From contig JAQTMK010000004.1 of NCBI GenBank assembly GCA_028714375.1, positions 3,608 through 67,607 of the forward strand: 64,000 bases of DNA. The letters are read 5' to 3'. This document shows, piece by piece, positions 45,454 to 54,419 of the stretch. The notes under the pieces were generated by a model. The model was not told the origin of the DNA, searched no databases, and was given only the letters and a program-made list of their open reading frames with translations. Made by a program: the position numbers and the translations under genes. The first letter of the stretch is position 1. Each line of letters opens with the position of its first letter. This DNA is from Candidatus Nanoarchaeia archaeon. Lineage in GTDB: Archaea; Nanobdellota; Nanobdellia; SCGC-AAA011-G17; JACPNG01.

Positions 45454-46293
45454 ATGAAAAAGGTATTATTTGCCTTTTTAATTTGTTTTGTTCTTTGTTC
45501 TTTTGCTTTTTCTCAAAATCTTTCTGAGCAGCAGAAATATACTCTAAGGGAGATGCAGGATTATTTTAAAGGACTTAGATTTTTTCCTGAATACAATGCG
45601 ACTGCTAAAAATATTTATTTACAACTTGTAGAACATTCGGGAATGCAATTTCCTGTTTTCTATGCTCAGACGTTCCAATGGGGACAAGCTAATTATGGAG
45701 GAGTCATTGTTATCGATATTTCCATACTTTCAAAAGGAAAGGATATTCTAGCTTTTGTACTTGCTCATGAATGGGGGCATCAAGCGTTGGGTCATGGACC
45801 AAATATATACCACCAGGGAACAGTCTGGAGTTATTCTAAATGGCCACGAATTAAAGAAGAAGAGGCAGATGAGTATGCTGCAGAGTTCCTCTGTGACTAT
45901 GGTTATGATATCGAAAAGGTTTGCAACTTCCTAAGAAGTAATCCATTCTCCGACCCAATGCATGGAAGCGGATCAGAAAGGGCAGCAAGTGTAAAAAAAA
46001 CAGCAGTTGGATGTGATAATTCTGAAACAAATGATTCTCCGAAGATATGTTCAAAGTGTAAGGGAACCGGATTTGTTCTTGTTAACGAAACCTGTAGTTG
46101 TTGTAGAGGAAACGGATATCTAATTTGTGCGAGATGTATGGGAAACGGAGGATGGTGGTACTATGGACAGTGGGTAACTTGTAATTCTTGTTTTGGTCGT
46201 GGAACGCTAATTTGTGGATGTTGCCGAGGAGCAGGTGGACGCCAGGTTAGAATTGTATGTGACAGGTGTGATGGGATTGGAGAAGAAGATTAG
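45454..46293 (+). CDS. Secreted HExxH metalloprotease (paralog B) fused to a C-terminal DnaJ-type CxxCxGxG zinc-finger array
   Basis: Signal peptide MKKVLFAFLICFVLCSFAFS, AHEWGHQALGH and EEEADEYA. Six CxxCxGxG motifs follow: CSKCKGTG, CSCCRGNG, CARCMGNG, CNSCFGRG, CGCCRGAG and CDRCDGIG. Confidence 0.75.
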   Translation: MKKVLFAFLICFVLCSFAFSQNLSEQQKYTLREMQDYFKGLRFFPEYNATAKNIYLQLVEHSGMQFPVFYAQTFQWGQANYGGVIVIDISILSKGKDILAFVLAHEWGHQALGHGPNIYHQGTVWSYSKWPRIKEEEADEYAAEFLCDYGYDIEKVCNFLRSNPFSDPMHGSGSERAASVKKTAVGCDNSETNDSPKICSKCKGTGFVLVNETCSCCRGNGYLICARCMGNGGWWYYGQWVTCNSCFGRGTLICGCCRGAGGRQVRIVCDRCDGIGEED

Positions 46294-46330
46294 TCATCCT
46301 GAACACATTAATCTAAATAATTTTTGAAGT

Positions 46331-46359
46331 GAAGGACTTTTTGTTCTTCCTTCTTTTTT
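46331..46359 (+). terminator. Hairpin plus T-run terminator, homologous to 19703..19732
   Basis: 'gaagga...tccttc' then 'tttttt'. The flanking 'agtatatataagtat' is also shared with copy A. Confidence 0.6.
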
Positions 46360-46422
46360 AATTCTATAGTATATATAAGTATTATAGGTTAATAAGAATT
46401 ATTTCAGAAGATATTATTAAAA

Positions 46423-46456
46423 CCCTGGCAAGCATTCCGAAGAATGCCTGCTGGGG
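46423..46456. other. Isolated GC-rich imperfect hairpin (~15 bp stem)
   Basis: 'ccctggcaagcattc-cgaa-gaatgcctgctgggg'. On the minus strand it is followed by 'ttttaat', so it may be a terminator ~145 nt downstream of gene 46602..46991 or a small RNA. Confidence 0.45.
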
Positions 46457-46601
46457 AAAAAGAGGTGATAATTTCTACGATACATAGAAGTTTATAAAGT
46501 TTTCGGTTGTATTAATCTTAAAGTAATTACAGGCTATTGTATTATGAAAGTGACTTGTAATCTTAATCTAAACCTAATTTTGAGCATTTTTCGACATTAA
46601 A

Positions 46602-46991
46602 CTAAGGCTGGCAAGGTACGAGCTTTCCAAGATAGGCTCTTTCCTTAGAATAAAACCCGGTTTTTGGATTCCCTGCTGGATAAATTAATAATCTTGGCAC
46701 CACCCGATTATCCCAATTACTTGAGGTTTTTATTATATATCCTCCCTCGCTTGCTAACCCACAAATAAATGACCTAACGTCCTCATACAAGTGTTTTAAT
46801 TCCTTTCCTTCTGGAGGGCGTAAGTAGACTATTCCATCAATTATTTCTTTTAAATCAGAAGTAACTTGAATATCCCATTTTTTAGTTAGTTTTTCCAAAT
46901 AATTCTGATCAATTACTAAGCTTTTTGGAGTATGTCCCTTTTCCATGGTATTTATAAGGATTCCACAATATAAAAATTTTTTTATTTCCAT
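46602..46991 (-). CDS. Hypothetical protein, 129 aa
   Basis: ORF with normal composition. No family recognised. Confidence 0.45.
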   Translation of the reverse strand: MEIKKFLYCGILINTMEKGHTPKSLVIDQNYLEKLTKKWDIQVTSDLKEIIDGIVYLRPPEGKELKHLYEDVRSFICGLASEGGYIIKTSSNWDNRVVPRLLIYPAGNPKTGFYSKERAYLGKLVPCQP

Positions 46992-47027
46992 AGAGAAATT
47001 TATAAACTTCCTGAGTTTAATTACGTT

Positions 47028-47582
47028 ATGGAAATCATAGCTATTAACAATATAAAAAAGAACCGAATCGTAAAAGATATCAGGGAAGGCAAGATTTTCA
47101 TATATCCTACAGACACTATTTACGGCCTTGGATGCAATGCTTTAGACAGGGAAGCGGTTTCAAAGATAAGGGGGATAAAAGAAAGGGAAAACAAGCCTTT
47201 TTCTGTCATAGCCCCCTCTAAAAAGTGGATTTTTGACAATTTTAAGGCAAATAAAAGCTACATAGACAAACTGCCAGGACCATTCACTTTTGTTGTTAAA
47301 ATGAACAAAAAGGGCATTGTAGCTGAAAATGTAAACCTTAAGAGCAACACCTTGGGGGTAAGAATACCTAACCATATATTCAGTGTATTGGTGCAGGAAG
47401 CTAAGGTTCCTTTCATAACAACTAGCGTCAATATTTCTGGCAAAAAGCCAATAAATTCAGTAAAGGAAATACCCAAAAAAATACTTAAAAACGTGGATAT
47501 AATAATAGATGAAGGAACATTAAACAACAACCCTTCAACTGTAATAGATCTGACAGGAAAGACAGCAAAGATACTGAGATAA
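47028..47582 (+). CDS. tsaC: L-threonylcarbamoyladenylate synthase (YrdC/Sua5/TsaC family)
   Basis: IFIYPTDTIYGLGCNA...KIRGIKERENKPFSVI...LGVRIPNH is the YrdC domain. A consensus TATA 'aaatttataaac' lies ~25 nt upstream. Confidence 0.85.
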   Translation: MEIIAINNIKKNRIVKDIREGKIFIYPTDTIYGLGCNALDREAVSKIRGIKERENKPFSVIAPSKKWIFDNFKANKSYIDKLPGPFTFVVKMNKKGIVAENVNLKSNTLGVRIPNHIFSVLVQEAKVPFITTSVNISGKKPINSVKEIPKKILKNVDIIIDEGTLNNNPSTVIDLTGKTAKILR

Positions 47583-47583
47583 T

Positions 47584-47931
47584 TTAATTGGAATAAGCTA
47601 ATTTTAGTTCGCAATTTTTATCTTTTTTGCACTGATCTTTTAGCTGATTGATAGTGATGTATCCGAATGAACGGGTTTGTTCTTTTTTTATATCTGCCCT
47701 ATGTTTAGGGAGAATAACATAAGGGCCAAAATTATTCCCACCATTAACAATCCCTTTCATGTACCCAAGGACTAATTCATCTTTATTATAAAATTTAGAA
47801 CATTTTTCTAGAATATTAATACAATATAAGATATTATCTGGATGAGTCCAAGCAAGATAGTTCTTTTCAGGAAGATTAACCCTTGGGAATTCTCTATCTA
47901 CCTTTCCTACTAAATCAGCTTTCATACTCAT
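47584..47931 (-). CDS. Hypothetical protein, 115 aa
   Basis: ORF with normal composition. No family recognised. Confidence 0.45.
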   Translation of the reverse strand: MSMKADLVGKVDREFPRVNLPEKNYLAWTHPDNILYCINILEKCSKFYNKDELVLGYMKGIVNGGNNFGPYVILPKHRADIKKEQTRSFGYITINQLKDQCKKDKNCELKLAYSN

Positions 47932-47966
47932 TTTATTAATACTCCACTATATAAATATTTTACGTT

Positions 47967-48830
47967 TTAAGCTTCCTTGTCAACATATTCCTTTATAAAC
48001 AATTTAGATACATACTTCCTTTGACGTATAAATTGCTTATTATTAGATCTAAGAAATTCCTCAAAATCTTTCTGTCTTTTTTTAATAAGTGTACTTAGTG
48101 TTACAGGTTGTTTTCCTATATATTCTGAGATATTAAATTGGTTCACATCTGTAAATCCTCTAGTCAGATTGATCTTGATATCCCTTGTATCTGTGTGGAT
48201 TAGGAGGGGGATTTTCCATGCATTAAATATTGCATCTTTGTTTGAAATATATAAACCATCCTGATCTTGTATGAAATCTCCTTCTGAATTTAATAAAAAC
48301 TCATTTGCATACTTTATGAAAAGGCCAGTAACTTGGTTTAGCTCATTTTCATCTTTAAGTTGGATCAGTAGATCATATTGAAGAGATTCTCCAACAGCGA
48401 CTTTTCCTTCTTTTTTAGCTAACTCTTTGGAAATTTCTTCCCCGTCTTCATTAAAATATCTCATCTCTTCCGGATCTTCAAATTCGGGTATTGTCTTATA
48501 ATATGCATCGCGCTTGGTTGCTATGTTCTGATTGTCAATTAATCTATGATTTATATTTACTCTTTCATCTAGACTAAATCCTTCTTCTTTAAATTTTTGA
48601 ATCAATTCTAGGTAGTGTCTATCTTGATTCTTTAGATCTGAATGTAAATAATTTAAAAATAGTCCACCTTTCGGGTATTTTTGTGTATCTAAGTAGATAT
48701 TATATCCGGTAATCAAGAGTTTTCTATCCTCTCCTTTTTTTGGAAGAATCTTAGGAATATAAAAATGCCTTATTCTTTCCAAATCTGTTTCATTATCCTT
48801 CAATAATTGGATTAGATCCAAATTTTTCAT
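47967..48830 (-). CDS. Hypothetical protein, 287 aa
   Basis: ORF with normal composition. No family recognised. Confidence 0.5.
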   Translation of the reverse strand: MKNLDLIQLLKDNETDLERIRHFYIPKILPKKGEDRKLLITGYNIYLDTQKYPKGGLFLNYLHSDLKNQDRHYLELIQKFKEEGFSLDERVNINHRLIDNQNIATKRDAYYKTIPEFEDPEEMRYFNEDGEEISKELAKKEGKVAVGESLQYDLLIQLKDENELNQVTGLFIKYANEFLLNSEGDFIQDQDGLYISNKDAIFNAWKIPLLIHTDTRDIKINLTRGFTDVNQFNISEYIGKQPVTLSTLIKKRQKDFEEFLRSNNKQFIRQRKYVSKLFIKEYVDKEA

Positions 48831-48964
48831 ATGAATATCCTAATTTAAATATTTATAAACTTTATTATTTTTACTACTTTTTAATTAATATATTACTTAG
48901 TTTTAGTCTGAAAAGACAATATTTAAATATTCATGAATGATTTCTAAAGTAATAGAGGTGAACT

Positions 48965-50359
48965 ATGAGAAAAATTATTCCAATCCTTGTATTTATTTTA
49001 TTAACCAGTTTTGTTTTTGCTGATGATATAGACATAACCTATACTATAGACAATCCAAAGGTAATTCCGGGGGAAGAAGTCTTGGTCAGAGTTGACATAA
49101 TCAACAATGCTGATGAGAATAATTTTTTAGTAATACCTCATGAGTTTTCATCAAAACCATTTGACGATGTGTTTGAATACATAAGAGCATATCCTGAAAA
49201 AATAAATGTGGGTGATGGAGATTCAAAAAGAGTTGATATTATTGCAAGAATAAGCAATGATACAATTCCGGGAATAACTTATCCATTTTCACTAAAAATA
49301 AAATCTTTAAAGAATCTTGAACTAAAAGGCACGGAAGAAGTTCAGGTAAAAGTTTATGAGCCTGAAAAAATAGTTTCAATAAACACTGATTTTCCAGACG
49401 AGATAATTGCAAAAAGAAATTTCAAATTTAATTTAGAGTTAGAGCCTAACGTTAATTTAGTTTTGGAAGATGTTAGGATTGAACTTGGAGGAAATTTATT
49501 TGAAGAAAAGGATTTCGATGCAAATTTAATGTACAAGAATCCTCTGGAAAAAGAAATAATATTGGATATCAATCCAAACACACCAAAAGGAATTTACACA
49601 GTAGAAATAAAAGCTTACTACAAAGGAAATCTAAGGGGATTTTATTCAAAACTTGTTGAAGTTGTGCAGAATCCATACGTGAAAGAAGATACATTCAGGG
49701 AATCGGGATTCTTGTATGACAAAACAAACTTCATAAAAATTAACGAAGGTAATGTTGAAGAGCAGGAAGGATTTTATTATGAAGCTGACTGGTTCACAAA
49801 AATATTCACAATATATTCGATAAAGCCAACAGAAAAAGACTCAAAAGGATATTCCTGGGAATTTGGTTTAGAACCAGGAGAAAAATATGAGGTTGAAGTA
49901 AAGACAGACTACAGAGGAGCATGCATCACAATTTTAGTTTTAATTTTACTAGGAGTTTTAGGAATCTACTTCTTTGGAAAGAAAGTTGCAATAAGAAAGG
50001 AAATATTCAGAGTAAGAAACGAAGGTGGAATATCTGAATTAAAAGTTTTACTGCACATCAAAAACAGAGGACCAGATTTGAAAGACGTAGAAATTTTAGA
50101 TTATTTACCAAGATTGTTAAAACCAATCAGAGGAGATTATGCAACCTTGGCTCCTGAAAGAATACAGAAAGGTAATGTAGGAATAAAAATCAACTGGAGA
50201 TTAGATAAATTAAGAAAGCATGAAGAAAGAATAATCACATACAGAGTTGAGCCTGCATTCAAAGTTGTAGGAAGACTAGTGTTACCTGAAGCTGCAGTAA
50301 CTTACAAGTTCAGGAATAAACACATAAAAGTTAAGAGCAAAAAAATTACCTACTCTTAA
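48965..50359 (+). CDS. Surface protein: signal peptide, beta-rich ectodomain, one TM helix, C-terminal domain
   Basis: MRKIIPILVFILLTSFVFA signal, Ig-like/CARDB-style repeats by composition, and a TM at ACITILVLILLGVLGIYFF. Confidence 0.55.
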   Translation: MRKIIPILVFILLTSFVFADDIDITYTIDNPKVIPGEEVLVRVDIINNADENNFLVIPHEFSSKPFDDVFEYIRAYPEKINVGDGDSKRVDIIARISNDTIPGITYPFSLKIKSLKNLELKGTEEVQVKVYEPEKIVSINTDFPDEIIAKRNFKFNLELEPNVNLVLEDVRIELGGNLFEEKDFDANLMYKNPLEKEIILDINPNTPKGIYTVEIKAYYKGNLRGFYSKLVEVVQNPYVKEDTFRESGFLYDKTNFIKINEGNVEEQEGFYYEADWFTKIFTIYSIKPTEKDSKGYSWEFGLEPGEKYEVEVKTDYRGACITILVLILLGVLGIYFFGKKVAIRKEIFRVRNEGGISELKVLLHIKNRGPDLKDVEILDYLPRLLKPIRGDYATLAPERIQKGNVGIKINWRLDKLRKHEERIITYRVEPAFKVVGRLVLPEAAVTYKFRNKHIKVKSKKITYS

Positions 50360-50419
50360 TTTTTCTTTTTTATTTTTAAATAGATAATTTTATAAACAAA
50401 ATCTGGTGCTAAATTCTAT

Positions 50420-50545
50420 CCCTGCCTAGCTCAATGGTAGAGCGCACGGCTGTAGATAAATTCACTATCTGACTAGGTATCAACCTTGAATGAAGAATAG
50501 TCAGCTGATCCCGTGAGGTTCCTAGTTCGAGTCTGGGGGCAGGGA
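50420..50545 (+). tRNA. tRNA-Tyr (GTA) with 54-nt intron at canonical position 37/38
   Basis: Hand-folded. Acceptor ccctgcc/ggcaggg (C1-G72, the archaeal Tyr identity pair), anticodon stem cacgg/ccgtg, anticodon GTA at 50452-50454, intron 50456-50509 and T-loop ttcgagt. TATA 'ttttataaac' lies ~25 nt upstream. Confidence 0.85.
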
Positions 50546-50561
50546 GTTATCCTCAAGAAGC

Positions 50562-50579
50562 GAAACCTTTATAAAGGGA
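50562..50579 (+). promoter_or_regulatory. BRE/TATA promoter 'gaaacctttataaaggga'
   Basis: Identical to 27417..27434. It lies ~127 nt upstream of tRNA-Asp. Confidence 0.45.
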
Positions 50580-50705
50580 AAATTTTACAAAACCCCTATG
50601 TTGGCCAGCTTAGTGATTTTATCAAGTGATGACAGTTCATTTTTTTATTAGATAATAGGTGATTAGATATAACTATGCTCCAAAAATCATGATATATCCA
50701 GGTAT

Positions 50706-50779
50706 GCCCTGGTAGTGTAGCCGGTCTATCACCCCGCCCTGTCACGGCGGGAACCCGGGTTCGAATCCCGGCCAGGGCG
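50706..50779 (+). tRNA. tRNA-Asp (GTC)
   Basis: Acceptor gccctgg/ccagggc, anticodon arm ccgcc-ctGTCac-ggcgg and T-arm ccggg-ttcgaat-cccgg. Confidence 0.9.
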
Positions 50780-50786
50780 GTTTAAT

Positions 50787-50863
50787 GGACCGGTAGCTCA
50801 GCCTGGCACCAGAGCACTGCACTTTTAATGCAGGGGTCGCGGGTTCAAATCCCGTCCGGTCCG
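50787..50863 (+). tRNA. tRNA-Lys (TTT)
   Basis: Acceptor ggaccgg/ccggtcc, anticodon arm ctgca-ctTTTaa-tgcag and T-arm gcggg-ttcaaat-cccgt. Confidence 0.9.
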
Positions 50864-50878
50864 TATATAATAAAGAAA

Positions 50879-51124
50879 ATGGTCGAAACAAAAAACATTG
50901 ATTATACAAAACATGTGTTGACCCCAAAACACATAAAAATGGATGAGAAGGAAATCGAAGAATTACTTTCAAAATATAATATTTCTAAAAAACAATTACC
51001 AAGAATTCTTAGAGAAGATCCTGCCATCGCTGAGATGGATCTTAAGAAAGGCGACATTATAAAAATCATAAGAAAAAGCGAGACAACAAAAGAAGCAATA
51101 TATTACAGGGTGGTTATAGATTAA
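50879..51124 (+). CDS. rpoH: RNA polymerase subunit H (Rpo5)
   Basis: HVLTPKHIKMDEKEIEELLSKYNISKKQLPRILREDPA...GDIIKIIRKSETT...YYRVV. The start at 50879 avoids overlap with tRNA-Lys (the track's ORF begins at 50828, inside the tRNA). Confidence 0.9.
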   Translation: MVETKNIDYTKHVLTPKHIKMDEKEIEELLSKYNISKKQLPRILREDPAIAEMDLKKGDIIKIIRKSETTKEAIYYRVVID

Positions 51125-51125
51125 G

Positions 51126-52613
51126 ATGAATAAAGGACATTTTCTGATACAAAAATATTTTGAAGAGAATTCATTTATTCAGTCAAACATAGAATCATTC
51201 AATCACTTCATTGATTTTGAACTACAGCAAATTATCGAGGAAGTCGGGGAAATTGTTCCTACAATAATTCCAGAAAACATGGAAGACTTCAAAATCAAGT
51301 TTGAAAAAGTATGGATAACAAAACCAACAATAACAGAAGCTGACGGAAGCAAGAGAGATGTTTATCCTTATGAAGCAAGATTAAGAATGCTTACTTATTC
51401 TGCACCAGTAATGCTTCAGGTTTCAACATACATAGACGGAATGCAGAGAGAAACATTCACAACTGAAATAGGAAGAGTGCCTGTAATGGTAAAATCAAAA
51501 TACTGCCATCTGGACGGAATGGGAAGAGAAGAATTAATCAAAAAAGGAGAAGATCCAATCGAAGAGGGTGGTTATTTCATAATCAACGGTAATGAAAGAG
51601 TTTTGATTACTGTAGAAGATTTAGCATCAAACAAATTATTCATACAGCACAACAAGACTGGACCAAGCAAGTTTTCAGCAAAAATATTCTCAGAGCAGGG
51701 AGCATACAGGATCCCACACACAATTGAGCAGACAAAAGACGGTATGATATATTTAACATTCACAAGATTCAGAAGAGTTCCTGTTATTCCTGTGATAAAA
51801 GCACTTGGTTTGGTAAAAGATCAGGACATTACAAGCTTTATTTCAAAAGAAAAAGAATACGATGATATTTTCATAAACCTATTCGACGCTATGGAAATAA
51901 GAACACAAAATGATGCGTTAGAATTTTTAGGAAAAAGAATGGGTATAATCCAGGAAACTGAAATCAAGGTTGAAAAAGCAAGAGAGCATTTGGATAAATA
52001 TTTACTGCCTCATCTTGGAATAACTGAAAAAAGCAGGCTGGTAAAAGCTTATACTTTATGTAAACTAATTAAAAAATTCTTCATGGTTTCAAAAGAAGGA
52101 TTACATCCACAGGACAAAGACCATTATACAAACAAGAGATTAAAGCTACCTGGAGAATTACTTGCTGATCTGTTCAGAGTAAACATGAGGATCTTGGTTG
52201 GAGATATTTTATACAACTACCAAAGACTTGTAAAGAGGGGAAAATTCTCAACTGTAAAAAACATCATAAGAGACAAATTACTAACATCAAGAATACAGAG
52301 TGCTTTGGCTACTGGTTCATGGGTTGGCGGAAGAAAAGGAGTAAGCCAGAATATTATAAGAGACAATTACCTGTCATCTGTAAGCCACCTTATGAGAATT
52401 GCTTCATTATTGAGTTCAACACAGGAAAACTTTGAGGCAAGAGCTTTGCATCCAACACATTGGGGGAGATTATGCGCAATTGAAACTCCTGAGGGAACCC
52501 CAATCGGTTTAAGAAAAAACCTTGCATTGTTATCAAGAATCACACAGGCTGATACACAGGAAGAAAAAATAAAGAAAACATTAGAAGGATTAGGATTAGA
52601 GGCTGCAAAATGA
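51126..52613 (+). CDS. rpoB2: RNA polymerase subunit B'' (N-terminal half of Rpo2)
   Basis: Homology pattern to the Rpb2 N-terminal lobes (GGYFIINGNERVLI, HPTHWGRLCAIETPEG). Confidence 0.95.
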   Translation: MNKGHFLIQKYFEENSFIQSNIESFNHFIDFELQQIIEEVGEIVPTIIPENMEDFKIKFEKVWITKPTITEADGSKRDVYPYEARLRMLTYSAPVMLQVSTYIDGMQRETFTTEIGRVPVMVKSKYCHLDGMGREELIKKGEDPIEEGGYFIINGNERVLITVEDLASNKLFIQHNKTGPSKFSAKIFSEQGAYRIPHTIEQTKDGMIYLTFTRFRRVPVIPVIKALGLVKDQDITSFISKEKEYDDIFINLFDAMEIRTQNDALEFLGKRMGIIQETEIKVEKAREHLDKYLLPHLGITEKSRLVKAYTLCKLIKKFFMVSKEGLHPQDKDHYTNKRLKLPGELLADLFRVNMRILVGDILYNYQRLVKRGKFSTVKNIIRDKLLTSRIQSALATGSWVGGRKGVSQNIIRDNYLSSVSHLMRIASLLSSTQENFEARALHPTHWGRLCAIETPEGTPIGLRKNLALLSRITQADTQEEKIKKTLEGLGLEAAK

Positions 52614-54418
52614 TTGACGTATTTTTAAATGAAAAATATATCGGGGAAGTGGCTAATGCCAAGACATTCATGGAGAATGTAAAAGCTGAAAGAAGGGGAG
52701 GAAAACTTCCAGCCACAATGAATATTTACTACGATGAAAAATCAAATGAAATTTATCTGGATTCTTCAAAAGGAAGAGCAAGAAGACCTTTGATAGTAGT
52801 TGAAAACGGAAAATCATTATTAACAGACGATCATTATGAAAAATTAAAAAAGAATGAGCTTAAATGGAGTGATTTATTAAAACAGGGAATAATTGAATAC
52901 ATAGACGCTGCTGAAGAAGAAAATATTTATGTTGCATTAAAAGAAGAAGACATAACAAAAGAACATACCCACCTAGAAATTGATCCAATTGTAATTTTAG
53001 GATTAACAACTTCATTAGTTCCATTCTCAAACTTTGTACAGTCCTCAAGACTTAACAGAGGACAAAAAACACAGAAGCAATCATTGGGATTATATCTGGC
53101 TAACTATCACTTAAGGATTGACACTGATGTTAACATACTGCATTATCCTCAGGCACCAATTGTAAGATCATTTATGCATGATGTTTCAAAATACAACGAG
53201 CATCCATCAGGACAAAACGTTGTTGTTGCACTTATGAGCTATCACGGATACAACATGCAGGACTCACTGATAATTAACAAAGCAAGCATAGAAAGAGGAC
53301 TTGCAAGATCAACTTTCTTCAGACCATACTCAAGTGAAGAATTAAGATATCAGGGTGGTTTAGTTGATGAAATAGGAGTTCCTGACAAGGATGTAAAAGG
53401 ATACAGAAGCGAAGAAGATTACAGACATCTTGAAGACGACGGTATTATTTATCCTGAAGCAAAAGTTGACATGGAACAGGTCTTGATAGGAAAAACAAGT
53501 CCACCAAGATTCTTGGGTGATATGGAAGAATTCACATTGGCTGCTAATACAAGAAGGGAAGCATCCACAACAATAAGACACGGTGAAAGAGGTGTTGTTG
53601 ACAATATCATAATTACTGAAAACGAAGAAGGAAACAAATTAGTTGTTGTAAAAGTAAGAGACCAGAGAATACCGGAAGTTGGAGACAAGTTTGCAACAAG
53701 ACACGGACAGAAAGGAGTCATAGGTGCTATTGTTCCTTCAACAGACATGCCATTCACTGCATCTGGTTTGATTCCAGACATTATATTCTCACCACATTCA
53801 GTACCATCAAGAATGAGTATTTCACATTTAATGGAATTACTTGGCGGAAAAGTCGGAGCTTTATCAGGAAGAACAATTGACGCTACCACCTTCGCAGGTG
53901 AAAAAGAAGAAGATTTGAGAAAAGAATTATTGAGTTTGGGTTTCAAGGAAAACGGAACTGAAAAATTATACAATGGAATTACCGGTGAAGAATATGAAGC
54001 AACAATCTTTGTTGGAAACCAGTATTACATGAAACTAAAGTATATGGTAGCAAACAAATTACATGCAAGAGCATCAGGAAGAATCCAGCTATTAACAAGA
54101 CAGCCAATTGAAGGTAGAGCAAAGGGTGGAGGAATGAGACTTGGAGAGATGGAGAAAGACTGTTTTGTAGCACATGGTGCATCTCTATTGCTTAAGGAAA
54201 GGTTTGATTCAGACAAAACAAGACTACATGTATGTGAAAGCTGCGGATTATTTGCTGTTTCAGATGACTACAAGGGAAAGAAGTTCTGCCAGAGATGCGG
54301 AAACAATGTTGAAATTACAACCATTGAATTAAGTTATGCTTTCAAATTATTATTAGACGAATTAAAATCACTTGGATTTTATCCAAAGCTAAAATTAAAG
54401 AGTAAATACCTAGATTAA
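52610..54418 (+). CDS. rpoB1: RNA polymerase subunit B' (C-terminal half of Rpo2)
   Basis: GDKFATRHGQKGV, GGMRLGEMEKDC and a C-terminal zinc ribbon CESCG...CQRCG. 4-nt overlap with rpoB2. Confidence 0.95.
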   Translation: MIDVFLNEKYIGEVANAKTFMENVKAERRGGKLPATMNIYYDEKSNEIYLDSSKGRARRPLIVVENGKSLLTDDHYEKLKKNELKWSDLLKQGIIEYIDAAEEENIYVALKEEDITKEHTHLEIDPIVILGLTTSLVPFSNFVQSSRLNRGQKTQKQSLGLYLANYHLRIDTDVNILHYPQAPIVRSFMHDVSKYNEHPSGQNVVVALMSYHGYNMQDSLIINKASIERGLARSTFFRPYSSEELRYQGGLVDEIGVPDKDVKGYRSEEDYRHLEDDGIIYPEAKVDMEQVLIGKTSPPRFLGDMEEFTLAANTRREASTTIRHGERGVVDNIIITENEEGNKLVVVKVRDQRIPEVGDKFATRHGQKGVIGAIVPSTDMPFTASGLIPDIIFSPHSVPSRMSISHLMELLGGKVGALSGRTIDATTFAGEKEEDLRKELLSLGFKENGTEKLYNGITGEEYEATIFVGNQYYMKLKYMVANKLHARASGRIQLLTRQPIEGRAKGGGMRLGEMEKDCFVAHGASLLLKERFDSDKTRLHVCESCGLFAVSDDYKGKKFCQRCGNNVEITTIELSYAFKLLLDELKSLGFYPKLKLKSKYLD

Positions 54419-54419
54419 A

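Noticed and set aside
50456-50509. C/D-box guide RNA inside the tRNA-Tyr intron
   Set aside because: Two CUGA tetramers and a UGAAUGA are present, but there is no RUGAUGA C box at the 5' end. The CUGAs are simply the two strands of a 7-bp intron helix (ctgacta/tagtcag).
50742-50972. 76-aa minus ORF, and the first 17 codons of the 50828..51124 ORF
   Set aside because: They run through tRNA-Asp and tRNA-Lys. The GC-rich tRNA sequence keeps the frames open by chance. rpoH starts at the internal ATG at 50879.
53449-53973. Long antisense ORFs inside rpoB1, rpoA1, rpoA2, gyrA, eif2g and infB (e.g. 53449..53973, 56992..57534, 14002..14415, 15642..15998, 17227..17544)
   Set aside because: They are fully nested in highly conserved genes on the opposite strand. 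No independent signals support them.
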